From: Pedobacter sp. PAMC26386
Lineage (GTDB): Bacteria > Bacteroidota > Bacteroidia > Sphingobacteriales > Sphingobacteriaceae
NCBI GenBank assembly: GCA_014302835.1
Contig: CP060294.1
Span: forward strand, 2,295,067 to 2,319,066
Length of the DNA stretch: 24,000 bases
Reading direction: 5' to 3'
A program made the position numbers and the translations under genes. This document shows, piece by piece, positions 15,801 to 23,649 of the stretch. The notes under the pieces were generated by a model that saw only the letters and a program-made list of their open reading frames with translations, was not told where the DNA came from and did not search any database. The stretch's first letter is position 1. Each line of letters opens with the position of its first letter.

Positions 15801-16385
15801 TGGAGTTACAGATAGCTCTTTAGGTATAAAACCGATAGAGGAAAAGATAAGTATTGCTTCTTTATCAGGAACAGTAATTTTAAATTTACCATTGGCATCT
15901 GCTACAACTACGGTTTTGCTGCCTTTTACTTTCACAGTAACACCAGGTATGGGTTTATTACTATCATCATTCACCTGTCCAATAATCACTATTGGATTAA
16001 TCGTGTTTTTAATTGCAGGAATTATCATCATCTCCTGTATTATAATTGTTTTATCGACAATTTTATAAATCAAGGGCAGGTTCTTAAAACACTCCTTTAA
16101 TGCCTGATCAATGGAGGCATTATTAAGCTGTACACTATTTATGCTTTTGTTTCTGATATCTTTTGAGTCATAAAAAAAAACATATCCAGTCTGTTTATGG
16201 ATCAATTCAAAAACTTTTTTAACAGCTATTTTTCTTTCATTCAGAATGATATTCTGACTATATCCTTCAGCGCTTACCTGTACAAGGGTGATCAGGATTA
16301 ACAGACTAGTTAATTTCATATACAGAAATATTTTTTTGGGTAACCACATTCTATATGCAGCCAAAAAGAAAGCATTTATTTTCAT
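12900..16385 (-). CDS. SusC/RagA-family TonB-dependent transporter with N-terminal STN signalling domain
   Basis: An STN-like segment is present (VFELIHKQTGYVFFYDSKDI...IDQALKECFKNLPLIYKIVDKTIIIQE). A carboxypeptidase-regulatory-like domain follows (GQVNDDSNKPIPGVTVKVKGSK...ADANGKFKI). The SusC signature VVVVGYGTQKKVNLTGA, the plug and a 22-strand barrel length are all present. An alternative start is at Met23 (16319). Confidence 0.9.
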   Translation of the reverse strand: MKINAFFLAAYRMWLPKKIFLYMKLTSLLILITLVQVSAEGYSQNIILNERKIAVKKVFELIHKQTGYVFFYDSKDIRNKSINSVQLNNASIDQALKECFKNLPLIYKIVDKTIIIQEMMIIPAIKNTINPIVIIGQVNDDSNKPIPGVTVKVKGSKTVVVADANGKFKITVPDKEAILIFSSIGFIPKELSVTPGIEMIVRLEADEGKLSEVVVVGYGTQKKVNLTGAIATIGSEKLESRPLVNLGDGLNGLIPNLNVNVNNGQPGTSATFNIRGYTTIGSNSSSRPLVLVDGIQRDPNLIDPNDVASVTVLKDAASSAIYGSRAAYGVILITTKTGKKGVTQISYSGSYTTSRPTIMPAYLNSQEYIKMFNDAQRTGSRTGGSVSGSPFTARDSIMADAFFRDPANNPAVYPDPGNPKLYRYVGNTDWIKVLYPGWAPQQQHNLSVSGGEGKTTYSASLGYFKQDGLEKVANQIYKRYTPSLKINSDVTSWITFNLNMSMTNTNNNQAANTIINQGGAWIPGDLRPLMPVYHPDGHYSGQGSYTNPVAVINLSGRDINSQNDFWTTGRVILKPVDHLTVTADYTWNAFSQFQKSNVIPFNEYGVDGVLLGVFPWTNPSQVNENRRNNNYNALNIYTTYENTFNKKHYFKALLGYNQEYQHYQLSNSLAKSLIDPYLPAIGTNTDTKPVVGGTETEYALVGTFFRLNYIYDKRYLLEINGRYDGTSRFPADHRYAFSPSVSAGWNITEESFMQGAKNTINELKIRASYGQLPNQQTPSDAISAGAQYPYIATQGTGTVGYLFNNQPGIVVNTPGLISTTLTWEKVQTKNIGLDYTLLNNKLSGSFDYFITDTKDMLVDGQKLPAVLGTGAPLLNQASLRTKGWEFSVGWRDRVFDNQLLYNVTLGVSDASSTITKYALNPTFNIDDHYPGEKLGNIWGYQTLGFYQTDAEAASMDNSALAGYKWLAGDVKYADLNHDGKIGYGNNTLANPGDKKIIGNSTPRYRFGFNLNLSYKDFDFAAFVQGVLKADYAPNDNVFYSFNNSEYDLPYKSTTDYWTPENPTAYFARPRFSGQGNKQTQTKYLQNAAYARIKQLTLGYSLPKQLISRLKMQKVRVYVTGANLFTITSLFKGYDPEIITTGGNYRTYPINRSVSVGLQATL

Positions 16386-16413
16386 AGTTTTGCTTGGTAT
16401 TAGGTTAATACTC
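16385..16413 (+). promoter_or_regulatory. Plus-strand TAnnTTTG box (TAGTTTTG) plus conserved block, antisense to and abutting the susC-like start
   Basis: TAGTTTTG at 16385-16392 matches the Bacteroidota -7 consensus TAnnTTTG. The following CTTGGTATTAGGTTAATACTC is conserved with 23563-23590 at the second locus. Confidence 0.35.
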
Positions 16414-16505
16414 GGTTAGGTCTTAATCTTGTTTTTCCGTTTTTTCCGGAAAGGTTAATCCTGATACTTTTGCGCAGGAGTGGTCCAAGACTTCTGCGCT
16501 TTTTC
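16397..16505 (+). ncRNA. Candidate cis-antisense small RNA opposite the susC-like 5-prime leader (DonS-like arrangement)
   Basis: A predicted start lies a few nt after the TAGTTTTG box. The candidate ends at the hairpin GCGCAGGAGT-ggtccaag-ACTTCTGCGC (16472-16499, 10 bp including one G.U), followed by TTTTT on the plus strand only. On the minus strand the G.U becomes a C.A mismatch and the tail is A-rich. No plus-strand protein gene lies here to be terminated. Confidence 0.3.
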
Positions 16506-16592
16506 AGACTATAACCTCGGGGCGGGTTAACTGTGTAGTCTTCTCTTCATTTTTTCCTTTCTTTTAATTAAATGTTTAATTGATGCTTAAAA

Positions 16593-17720
16593 TTATGGCG
16601 TCACAATTATTGTCCTGCCGCTTATCCTGAAATGGATATGTTTAAAGTTTAGAATCTCCTGTAATTGTGTTGCATTGATATTCCTGGGGATTTCTCCGGT
16701 AAATTCTCTAGCCGGTATTTTACCTTCATATTTTACATCTACATCATACCACCTGGAAAGCTGCCTCATCACGGTTTCTATACTCGCATCTTTAAAGTTA
16801 AAAAAACCGTTTTTCCAAGCAATTTCATCTTCTATATCCACTTCTGATTTATGGAAAACACCATTGTTCAGCTGTGCTTGTTCACCTGGTTTAAGAATAG
16901 TATTATTATCTTTTGATAATACCTTTACACTTCCTTTTAAAAGGGTGGTTTTAACTTCTTCTTCATTATCATAAGCATTAATATTAAAATGCGTACCTAA
17001 TACTTCAACCGTCTGTTTTTCCGAAACTACTCGAAAAGGTGTATTTTTATGATGTGCAACTTCAAAATAAGCTTCCCCGCTAATTTCAACACGGCGCTCA
17101 GTCCCGCTAAATGCAACTGGATATTTAATAGAAGAGGCGGCATTCAGCCACACTTTAGTACCATCGGATAAGATCAATTGATAACTACCTCCACGAGGGG
17201 TAGTTACTGTATTATATAATTTTCGCGATGCTTTAGCAAAATCTGCGGAACCAGAGTAAGCAATCTGCCCTTCTGCTGTCTTATCTATAATTTTATCTCC
17301 CTGACTTGCCAGTGTACCATTCTTTGTTCCATTCAATACAATGGTTTGTCCATCATCCAGTGTGAGTACGGCCTTATTTCCGCCGGGTAAAAGATCTTTA
17401 GAAATATTCTTGCGCTGAACTTGTTCGTGTTGTTCTGTTTTTTTGTTAAACAACAAATAGCTGGTGCCTGCTGCGAGGACGAAAATTAATGAGGCTGCTA
17501 TTTTCATAGCTGGCCAAAATCTTCTTTCCTTTCGCTTCTGAATCTGATTGATTAAATCTGTCAGACTCTCTTTTTGCGCATCTTCTATCTTTTGATAAGG
17601 TATTTTGGCTGAAGAATCCTCATAAGTTAAATACCAGGTTTCTACTAAAGTTTTTTCTTCTTCCGTAACCATACCTGTTTGGTATCTATCCAGTAGATTC
17701 TGAACATCTTTCAGTTGCAT
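16593..17720 (-). CDS. FecR-family transmembrane anti-sigma factor / sensor
   Basis: It has an N-terminal cytoplasmic domain, a single TM (IAASLIFVLAAGTSYLLF), a periplasmic FecR domain and a C-terminal WKNGFFNFKDASIETVMRQLSRWYDVDVKY module typical of Bacteroidota FecR proteins. Confidence 0.9.
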   Translation of the reverse strand: MQLKDVQNLLDRYQTGMVTEEEKTLVETWYLTYEDSSAKIPYQKIEDAQKESLTDLINQIQKRKERRFWPAMKIAASLIFVLAAGTSYLLFNKKTEQHEQVQRKNISKDLLPGGNKAVLTLDDGQTIVLNGTKNGTLASQGDKIIDKTAEGQIAYSGSADFAKASRKLYNTVTTPRGGSYQLILSDGTKVWLNAASSIKYPVAFSGTERRVEISGEAYFEVAHHKNTPFRVVSEKQTVEVLGTHFNINAYDNEEEVKTTLLKGSVKVLSKDNNTILKPGEQAQLNNGVFHKSEVDIEDEIAWKNGFFNFKDASIETVMRQLSRWYDVDVKYEGKIPAREFTGEIPRNINATQLQEILNFKHIHFRISGRTIIVTP

Positions 17721-17801
17721 AATAATAGAAGTATGAATGAGTACTTATTACGCTACATAACAACCGATCCGGGATCAGGGAGTAGAAGAAAAATGAAATA
17801 A

Positions 17802-18371
17802 TTAGAAAAAAAGCATAAAGTGGTAGACACCTAGTTTTACACGCAGTATTTTAAGCGAATTATTGACTTGCTTCTTAACTGTAAGTGAACTTATACCCAG
17901 TTTTTCCGCAATTTCCAGATGTGAAAGTTGTTCGTTTCTGCTCATTTCAAATATCAGGCGCATTTGCGGCGGCAACATAGAAATTCCGGCTTCCACGATC
18001 GCGATTAATTGTTTAAGCCGTATTTCCTCATCAGCTGCAGGTACCTTATTTTCGCTAAATCTCTGAAAAGAGGAAATGTAATCGGCTCTGACCTTGCTGT
18101 GCTTAAAAAAGTTTAAAATTCTATTTCTTACTGAAGTATATAGATAGGCAGGAAGATTCGGGCTTAAGCTATTTGATTCTCTATTATTCCATATCCAGGT
18201 AAAAAGTTCCTGCAAGATATCTTTTACCTCCTCATGATCTGATAACCTTCTATAAGCATGGCTATACAAAATCCCATAGTATCTATTGTGAATTTCTGTA
18301 AAAGCAGTCAAATCTCCCCTTTTAAGGAGCATCGTTAGTTCAACATCACTGTATGAATTATATACAGTCAT
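17802..18371 (-). CDS. ECF sigma factor (Bacteroidota expansion-type sigma-70 family)
   Basis: FTEIHNRYYGILYSHAYRRL...VKDILQELFTWIWNNR...YLYTSVRNRILNFFKH covers region 2. LPPQMRLIFEMSRNEQLSHLEIAEKLGISSLTVKKQVNNSLKILR covers region 4. Confidence 0.9.
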   Translation of the reverse strand: MTVYNSYSDVELTMLLKRGDLTAFTEIHNRYYGILYSHAYRRLSDHEEVKDILQELFTWIWNNRESNSLSPNLPAYLYTSVRNRILNFFKHSKVRADYISSFQRFSENKVPAADEEIRLKQLIAIVEAGISMLPPQMRLIFEMSRNEQLSHLEIAEKLGISSLTVKKQVNNSLKILRVKLGVYHFMLFF

Positions 18372-18452
18372 AAAAAAATTAGGTTATAATGGTTCAGATT
18401 GATATTTGATTACACTAAATTAAAGCAATAACCTGTAGCATAAATTTTACAT

Positions 18453-18519
18453 TATTGGCCTAATATTAAATGATATTGGCTAATAAAACCTGATCAGATC
18501 AAATTATTATTAGCCAATA
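18453..18519. repeat. Perfect 13-bp inverted repeat plus a third near-copy of the half-site
   Basis: TATTGGCTAATAA (18474-18486) and TTATTAGCCAATA (18507-18519) are exact reverse complements separated by 20 nt that contain the palindrome TGATCA. TATTGGCCTAATA (18453-18465) is a third copy with one extra C. The repeat lies between the susD-like stop (18563) and the sigma start (18371). Confidence 0.6.
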
Positions 18520-18562
18520 CATAAGAGATTACACGATTAGTTACTACACTGACACATAAGGG

Positions 18563-20254
18563 TTAATAACCTGGATTTTGTTTCAAGTTATTATTTCCTG
18601 AGATTGCTTGTGAGGGCACAGGGAAACGGTTAAGGTGAACAGATCCGGAAGGCTGATGATCCCACCAGTTACCAGCAGTAAACATTTTCCACCTGATCAG
18701 ATCTGTACGGCGTCTTCCTTCTCCAAGAAACTCTATACTCCATTCATCCAGCATCCGGTTAGGCGTCAGATTACCAGCATTTACAGGATTAGGGTCAGCC
18801 CCATTTGCAAAATCCCTTCTTCTCACCTGATTGATCAGTTCAGTAGCAACAGTTTTATCACCTGCCCGCATCTTACACTCTGCCAGCATGTAGTAAACTT
18901 CAGTCAGCCGGATAGCAGGATTATCAGCACCCCATCTCAGGCTCTTATCATTATCATTCGGGATTGGAACTTTAACCAGTCTAACCCCAGTATTCTCTTC
19001 TCCTTCAGACATTTTTGAAGGAAGCTGAGCTATTGAAGGATAACGTTTTCCAGCACCAACCTCAGAAAAACGCCCCACCTGATCAACAAAATTAAGTGGC
19101 TTGTCTTTATACTCTTCCCCTCCCAAAATTGGCACACCATCAGGCGTAAGATGCGGGCCTACAATAAACATTCCTTCATAACGTCCGCCCCCAAGATATT
19201 TATAAGGTTGTTTACGAAGATCGCCCTGATCAAATTTTTCATAAGGAGAGCCCAACTGAAACTCGGTACGATATAAAGTTCCATCAGGTCTTTTAGATGG
19301 CGAAAGATGGCCCCCATTGTCTGCGCCCAGGTTTACACCAAAATATTGCCTGGAATTATAATGATAAAAATTCGAATAGAACCAGTCATACTGAAGCTTA
19401 TTAAATTCTGAAGGAATAGACCAGATAATCTCAGGTGATTTATCATTCGTAAATGTATGCGGGCCATACCAAGTATTATCCAATGCGTAACTTCCATATT
19501 TGTTATCTTTAATATCCTGACAGATTTGCATACACTCGGCAAACATCGGTTTGTTAATATAAGCTTCTGCATTAAAATACAAGCTGGCTAGCATAGCCGC
19601 AGCTCCAGCTTGCCGGATCGCTCCCTCCTCCCTGTCGCCAGTCTTTTTTGCCGGAAGCTTTTCAATAGCGTTCTTCAATAGTGTCTCTATATGATTAAAC
19701 GTTTCCTGATCCGTATTACGGGGTAGTGATTCTTTATCTAAGGAGTCGAAGATTGGCAGCCCGCCAAAATAATCCAGCCCCCTCAGGTAGAAGTAAGCAA
19801 TTAAAGTATTTAATTGATTGAGATGATCCTCCTGGTCGGTCTTAGTCATCGCAAATGTTGTATAGTCGAGCTTGGCTAAATCTGACCTGGAATCTAATGC
19901 TAAAGCAATTCCCATCAATGTTCCCCGCCAGGTTTCCCAAATCCAACCATCATCGGCTGTCCAGCGATGGTAATGGTAACGTTCATTTTCTCCGCCATTG
20001 TACCAATGTCGTCCTTTGGTTGTAATGGCGAAATTATCCGCAGTATATTCCTGAAGTTTCCATCTATCTGCACCAAGATACCATCTTGCATGTGTAAATG
20101 GTCTGTACAATACAGCTTTCACGTCTTTTTCGCTTTTAAAAAACGTTTCGGGAGTTACTTTATCATAGAATTTCTGATCAATTTTCTTACACGCTCCTGC
20201 AAAACACAGCAGAAGGATTAGTGTGGCTGTTTTGATATTAGTTATCTTTTCCAT
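18563..20254 (-). CDS. RagB/SusD-family nutrient-binding outer-membrane lipoprotein
   Basis: The lipoprotein signal is LLLCFAGACKK. The length is SusD-like and the C-terminal ...FPVPSQAISGNNNLKQNPGY is typical. It lies 48 nt downstream of a SusC-type gene. Confidence 0.9.
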   Translation of the reverse strand: MEKITNIKTATLILLLCFAGACKKIDQKFYDKVTPETFFKSEKDVKAVLYRPFTHARWYLGADRWKLQEYTADNFAITTKGRHWYNGGENERYHYHRWTADDGWIWETWRGTLMGIALALDSRSDLAKLDYTTFAMTKTDQEDHLNQLNTLIAYFYLRGLDYFGGLPIFDSLDKESLPRNTDQETFNHIETLLKNAIEKLPAKKTGDREEGAIRQAGAAAMLASLYFNAEAYINKPMFAECMQICQDIKDNKYGSYALDNTWYGPHTFTNDKSPEIIWSIPSEFNKLQYDWFYSNFYHYNSRQYFGVNLGADNGGHLSPSKRPDGTLYRTEFQLGSPYEKFDQGDLRKQPYKYLGGGRYEGMFIVGPHLTPDGVPILGGEEYKDKPLNFVDQVGRFSEVGAGKRYPSIAQLPSKMSEGEENTGVRLVKVPIPNDNDKSLRWGADNPAIRLTEVYYMLAECKMRAGDKTVATELINQVRRRDFANGADPNPVNAGNLTPNRMLDEWSIEFLGEGRRRTDLIRWKMFTAGNWWDHQPSGSVHLNRFPVPSQAISGNNNLKQNPGY

Positions 20255-20302
20255 TTGAATATGATTGTCTTTTAATGCTGTGTTTATTTTACGGTTAACG
20301 GG

Positions 20303-23300
20303 TTAAAAACCGACCTGTACTCCAAACATGAAAGTTCTTGTTTTGGGATATGCGTTACGTTCTTCGAACCCTGCATCCAGCCCATTGATATTAACTTCAG
20401 GATCCAGTCCCGAATATTTAGTAAAGACAAATAAGTCTCTGCCAGTTAAATAAACACGAACATTTTTGAGTGGCTTAATTAATTTAGGATTGAAAGTATA
20501 ACCCAGACTGATTGCATCTACTTTCAGAAAATCACCTTTTTCAAGCCAGTAATCACTTAACTCTTTTTCTCCTTTGACGTCTTTATTTTTCTCAAAAGCA
20601 TCCTTCAATACGTTCTGTCCCTTCACATTAGGCAAACCATAGTACATATTGATCATATTATAAACATCATAGCCAAGCCAGCTTCTCAAGTAAATTCCCG
20701 CATCAAAATTTTTGTAAGAGATGGAGTGGTTCCAGGAAAGAATAACTTTAGGAATTCCATTCCCAACGAATGCTTTATCTGCTATAGTTTTGGATTGTTT
20801 GGTCACGTCAAAAGCTTTCCCGTCCTTATCATATAACATCCAGTTACCTTCGGGCGTGAAACCTGCAAAGCGCCAGATAAAAAACTTACCAATATCCTGT
20901 CCCGGGTAAAGTCTGACCGCACTTCCCGGAGACCCAGGAGCCGGAAAGTCTTTTCGATCTGTAAAAGTCTGGCCACCAGCTAAAGAGGTTAGACTGCTCT
21001 TATTTGAAGAGAATACAATACCAGTTTTATATTTCCAATCTGTTTTATCAACTACATTCCAGTTCAGTTCAAATTCGAAACCTCTGTTTTCCATATTCCC
21101 GACATTGATCGTTGTCTTTTCGTAAATTGCAGGAGGCTGAGAAACGCTAACATCATAAATCAGATCATCGATCTTACGTTTATAAAAATCCACCCGGCCA
21201 CTTAACTTATTATTGAGCAAAGCGAAATCAAGACCTATATTATATTCTTTTTTGACTTCCCATCTTAAATTGGCATTCTGGTTATGTCTTACCCCGTATG
21301 TCCGTTGCCAGGTACCATTTACCAACCACCAGGTATCGGCAGAATAGATACGATAAGCAGTGTTTGCATCAAAATCGGCATTCCCTGTTTTGCCGTATCC
21401 TCCTCTCAATTTCAAGTCATTAACAAAACTCAGACGCTTCATAAAAGGTTCTTCAGAAATACGCCAGGCAGCAGAAATACCTGGAAAAGTTCCCCACTGG
21501 CTACCCGGGGCAAATTTAGAAGACCCTTCACGTCTTATTGTTCCAGTCACAATGTATCTGTTCATAAAAGAGTAATTAATTCTTCCAAAAAAAGCAAGCA
21601 GCTTAACGGTTGGGTCCTTAAATGAGCCAATTCCAGCTCTCCCATCTGACAGAAAAGTACCATTCCCCAGATCATTTTCCCCTATACCATCCACAGAGAA
21701 ATCTGAATTATTGGCAGAAAAACCCTGGCCGTTAAAATCCTGGTAAGAATAGCCACCCACGGCATTGATACTATGATTTTTGATAACTTTATTATAATTC
21801 ACTGTCCATTCAAATGTCCGGTCAGTAAAACGCTTATATTCCTGACTTCCATAACCTGCAACTCCATCCGTACGAGAGATCCGGTGTTGAGCAGAGCGAT
21901 AAAATATCGGATTCTCTGTATTATTCTTTACCGCCACCATCCCTGAAGCAGACAGATCTTTAGTAAGGTTAATCTTAAGAATAGTGCTGGCCAAAAGATA
22001 TTTATATTGATTCTGATTTTTTTGCAGCATCACTTCAGCAATTGGATTCCAGTAATCATAACCACCTTTTAGCACATTATATCCAGTAACATCTTTTGCA
22101 TTATAAGGTGTTTCTGTTGGATTCAGTATCAGCGCCATATTAAAAATATCATTGTTTGTAAAATCAGCATCAACCTGGTTATAACTTACATTAGTACTCA
22201 ACTGTGCTTTTCCGTCAAAAAACTTAAAAACACTATTAATTCTTCCTCCGAACTCTTTTCTCTTAGAGCCTATAGCAATCCCTTTTGCATCCCGAATGGT
22301 TGCCGTGGCATAAACCCTTGCATTTTCGCTTCCACCATTAGCATTTAATACATAACGCTGACTAAATGGAGTTTTATTGGTCACTTCATTGTACCAATCT
22401 GTTCTGTACCCCAGATCAGGGCCCAATCCATTCTTAACAAATTCATCTCCATTAAGAGATTTAGGTCGTTTTCTGATAGTTTCAATGAATAACTCACTCG
22501 TAAAATTAACACTGGCCACTCCCACCTGAGCCTGTTTGGTCGTAATCAAAATAACGCCACCAGAGGCACGGGTTCCATAAATTGCAGCAGCAGACGCATC
22601 TCTAAGCACGTTGATCGATTCTATATCTTCTCGCGAAACGGAGTTGATACTTCCACCTGGAACGCCATCGATAACCACTAATGGCCCCTGCCCTGCATTG
22701 ATAGAATTTACGCCTCTTAATTGGATGGAGACACTTGCATTGGGGTCAGTACCATTGGAAGAGGCAATGGTTAGACCAGGTACTTTACCTTGAATAGAGA
22801 GCAGCGGATTTACCGCACCTGAAACAAAATCTTTCGGTTTGATCGAAGATACGGCACTGGTCAGATCTTTCTTTTCCAATGTTCCGTAACCAACCACCAC
22901 TACTTCGCTTAAGTCATTATTTTGCTCTGTAAGTATGATATTGATCTCTTTTCTCCCATTAATCTGAATTTCCTGTGTCTTGAAACCCACGGCAGAAATG
23001 ATGAGAATTCCAGTATCTGGAGCACTCAGTGCAAATTTGCCATCAGCTCTTGTAGAAATTACTCTGCCCGATACACCTTTTACAGTGATTGTAACTCCAG
23101 GAATACCAACGCCAGACTTATCTTTAACAACTCCTGTTACACTAATATCAATTGCATTCCCAGCAGAGTTATTTGGTAGATCAGGTTTTCCTGGTTTTTT
23201 ATCTCTTACAATTATTGTAGAAGCTTCTATGGTGTAGCTTAGCGGTTGTCCTTGAAAACAAAGTGTTAATACTTCGTCAAGAGAGACATCCTTGACATCA

Positions 23301-23557
23301 ATGGTTACTGGTTTTGTCTTTTTGATCCGATTCGAGTTAAAAACAATATCGTAACCACTCTGAGCTCCGATTTTTTCAATTACAAATGCTAAAGATTTCC
23401 TTTTCACAGAGAGGGTAATATTCTTTTGTGCATAGCCAATTGCACTGACCTGAAAAGAAAAAAGAAAGGATAATATCAGGATAATCAGCTTCTTGCTCAA
23501 TAGCCTTTTATTCCCAGTATAGAGGACCCTATACGGATTTAAACAGTTGAATTTCAT
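20303..23557 (-). CDS. SusC/RagA-family TonB-dependent transporter with N-terminal STN signalling domain
   Basis: An STN-like segment is present (FVIEKIGAQSGYDIVFNSNRI...LDEVLTLCFQGQPLSYTIEASTIIVRD), followed by a carboxypeptidase-regulatory-like domain. The signature VVVVGYGTLEKKDLTSAV is present. The C-terminal ...RTFMFGVQVGF ends in the usual terminal Phe. Confidence 0.9.
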   Translation of the reverse strand: MKFNCLNPYRVLYTGNKRLLSKKLIILILSFLFSFQVSAIGYAQKNITLSVKRKSLAFVIEKIGAQSGYDIVFNSNRIKKTKPVTIDVKDVSLDEVLTLCFQGQPLSYTIEASTIIVRDKKPGKPDLPNNSAGNAIDISVTGVVKDKSGVGIPGVTITVKGVSGRVISTRADGKFALSAPDTGILIISAVGFKTQEIQINGRKEINIILTEQNNDLSEVVVVGYGTLEKKDLTSAVSSIKPKDFVSGAVNPLLSIQGKVPGLTIASSNGTDPNASVSIQLRGVNSINAGQGPLVVIDGVPGGSINSVSREDIESINVLRDASAAAIYGTRASGGVILITTKQAQVGVASVNFTSELFIETIRKRPKSLNGDEFVKNGLGPDLGYRTDWYNEVTNKTPFSQRYVLNANGGSENARVYATATIRDAKGIAIGSKRKEFGGRINSVFKFFDGKAQLSTNVSYNQVDADFTNNDIFNMALILNPTETPYNAKDVTGYNVLKGGYDYWNPIAEVMLQKNQNQYKYLLASTILKINLTKDLSASGMVAVKNNTENPIFYRSAQHRISRTDGVAGYGSQEYKRFTDRTFEWTVNYNKVIKNHSINAVGGYSYQDFNGQGFSANNSDFSVDGIGENDLGNGTFLSDGRAGIGSFKDPTVKLLAFFGRINYSFMNRYIVTGTIRREGSSKFAPGSQWGTFPGISAAWRISEEPFMKRLSFVNDLKLRGGYGKTGNADFDANTAYRIYSADTWWLVNGTWQRTYGVRHNQNANLRWEVKKEYNIGLDFALLNNKLSGRVDFYKRKIDDLIYDVSVSQPPAIYEKTTINVGNMENRGFEFELNWNVVDKTDWKYKTGIVFSSNKSSLTSLAGGQTFTDRKDFPAPGSPGSAVRLYPGQDIGKFFIWRFAGFTPEGNWMLYDKDGKAFDVTKQSKTIADKAFVGNGIPKVILSWNHSISYKNFDAGIYLRSWLGYDVYNMINMYYGLPNVKGQNVLKDAFEKNKDVKGEKELSDYWLEKGDFLKVDAISLGYTFNPKLIKPLKNVRVYLTGRDLFVFTKYSGLDPEVNINGLDAGFEERNAYPKTRTFMFGVQVGF

Positions 23558-23562
23558 ATGCT

Positions 23563-23590
23563 TATATTTGGTTGGTTAGGTTAAATGCTC
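23563..23590 (+). promoter_or_regulatory. Plus-strand TAnnTTTG box (TATATTTG) plus conserved block, antisense to and near the second susC-like start
   Basis: TATATTTG lies at 23563-23570 and is followed by GTTGGTTAGGTTAAATGCTC. It aligns with 16385-16413 (shared TAnnTTTG-n-TTGGT...TAGGTTAA...CTC). A weak hairpin GATCA-n13-TGATC (23599-23621) followed by TTTATT lies downstream. Confidence 0.25.
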
Positions 23591-23649
23591 AGTATGCTGA
23601 TCATTTTGAATTAGGTTGATCTTTATTCGTGTGTGTTACATCTTCCTGT

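Noticed and set aside
16172-16180. A9 homopolymer (T9 on the coding strand) inside the STN domain of the first SusC gene as a slipped-strand phase-variation switch
   Set aside because: The reading frame is intact, and the tract simply encodes V-F-F-Y within a conserved STN segment. Nine A/T bases are unremarkable in a genome this AT-rich. It is worth remembering only as a sequencing-error hotspot.
16504-16531. GTTAAC-N17-TCTGA (minus sense) as the ECF promoter of the first SusC gene, and TGTAAC (23635-23640) at the second
   Set aside because: Both resemble generic ECF -35 elements. I found no matching second copy, for example upstream of the cognate sigma gene at 18372-18562, and the -10 parts differ between loci. 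This is too weak to call as a feature.
11403-23237. Numerous 60-127 aa ORFs inside the SusC/SusD/FecR/sigma genes (e.g. 11403-11696, 13100-13294, 16665-16974, 17863-18066, 18635-19018, 19333-19572, 19967-20221, 20721-20909, 21284-21625, 22611-22793, 22922-23237)
   Set aside because: All are nested within or antisense to long ORFs with unambiguous family signatures. Their translations are low-complexity and show no recognisable motifs.
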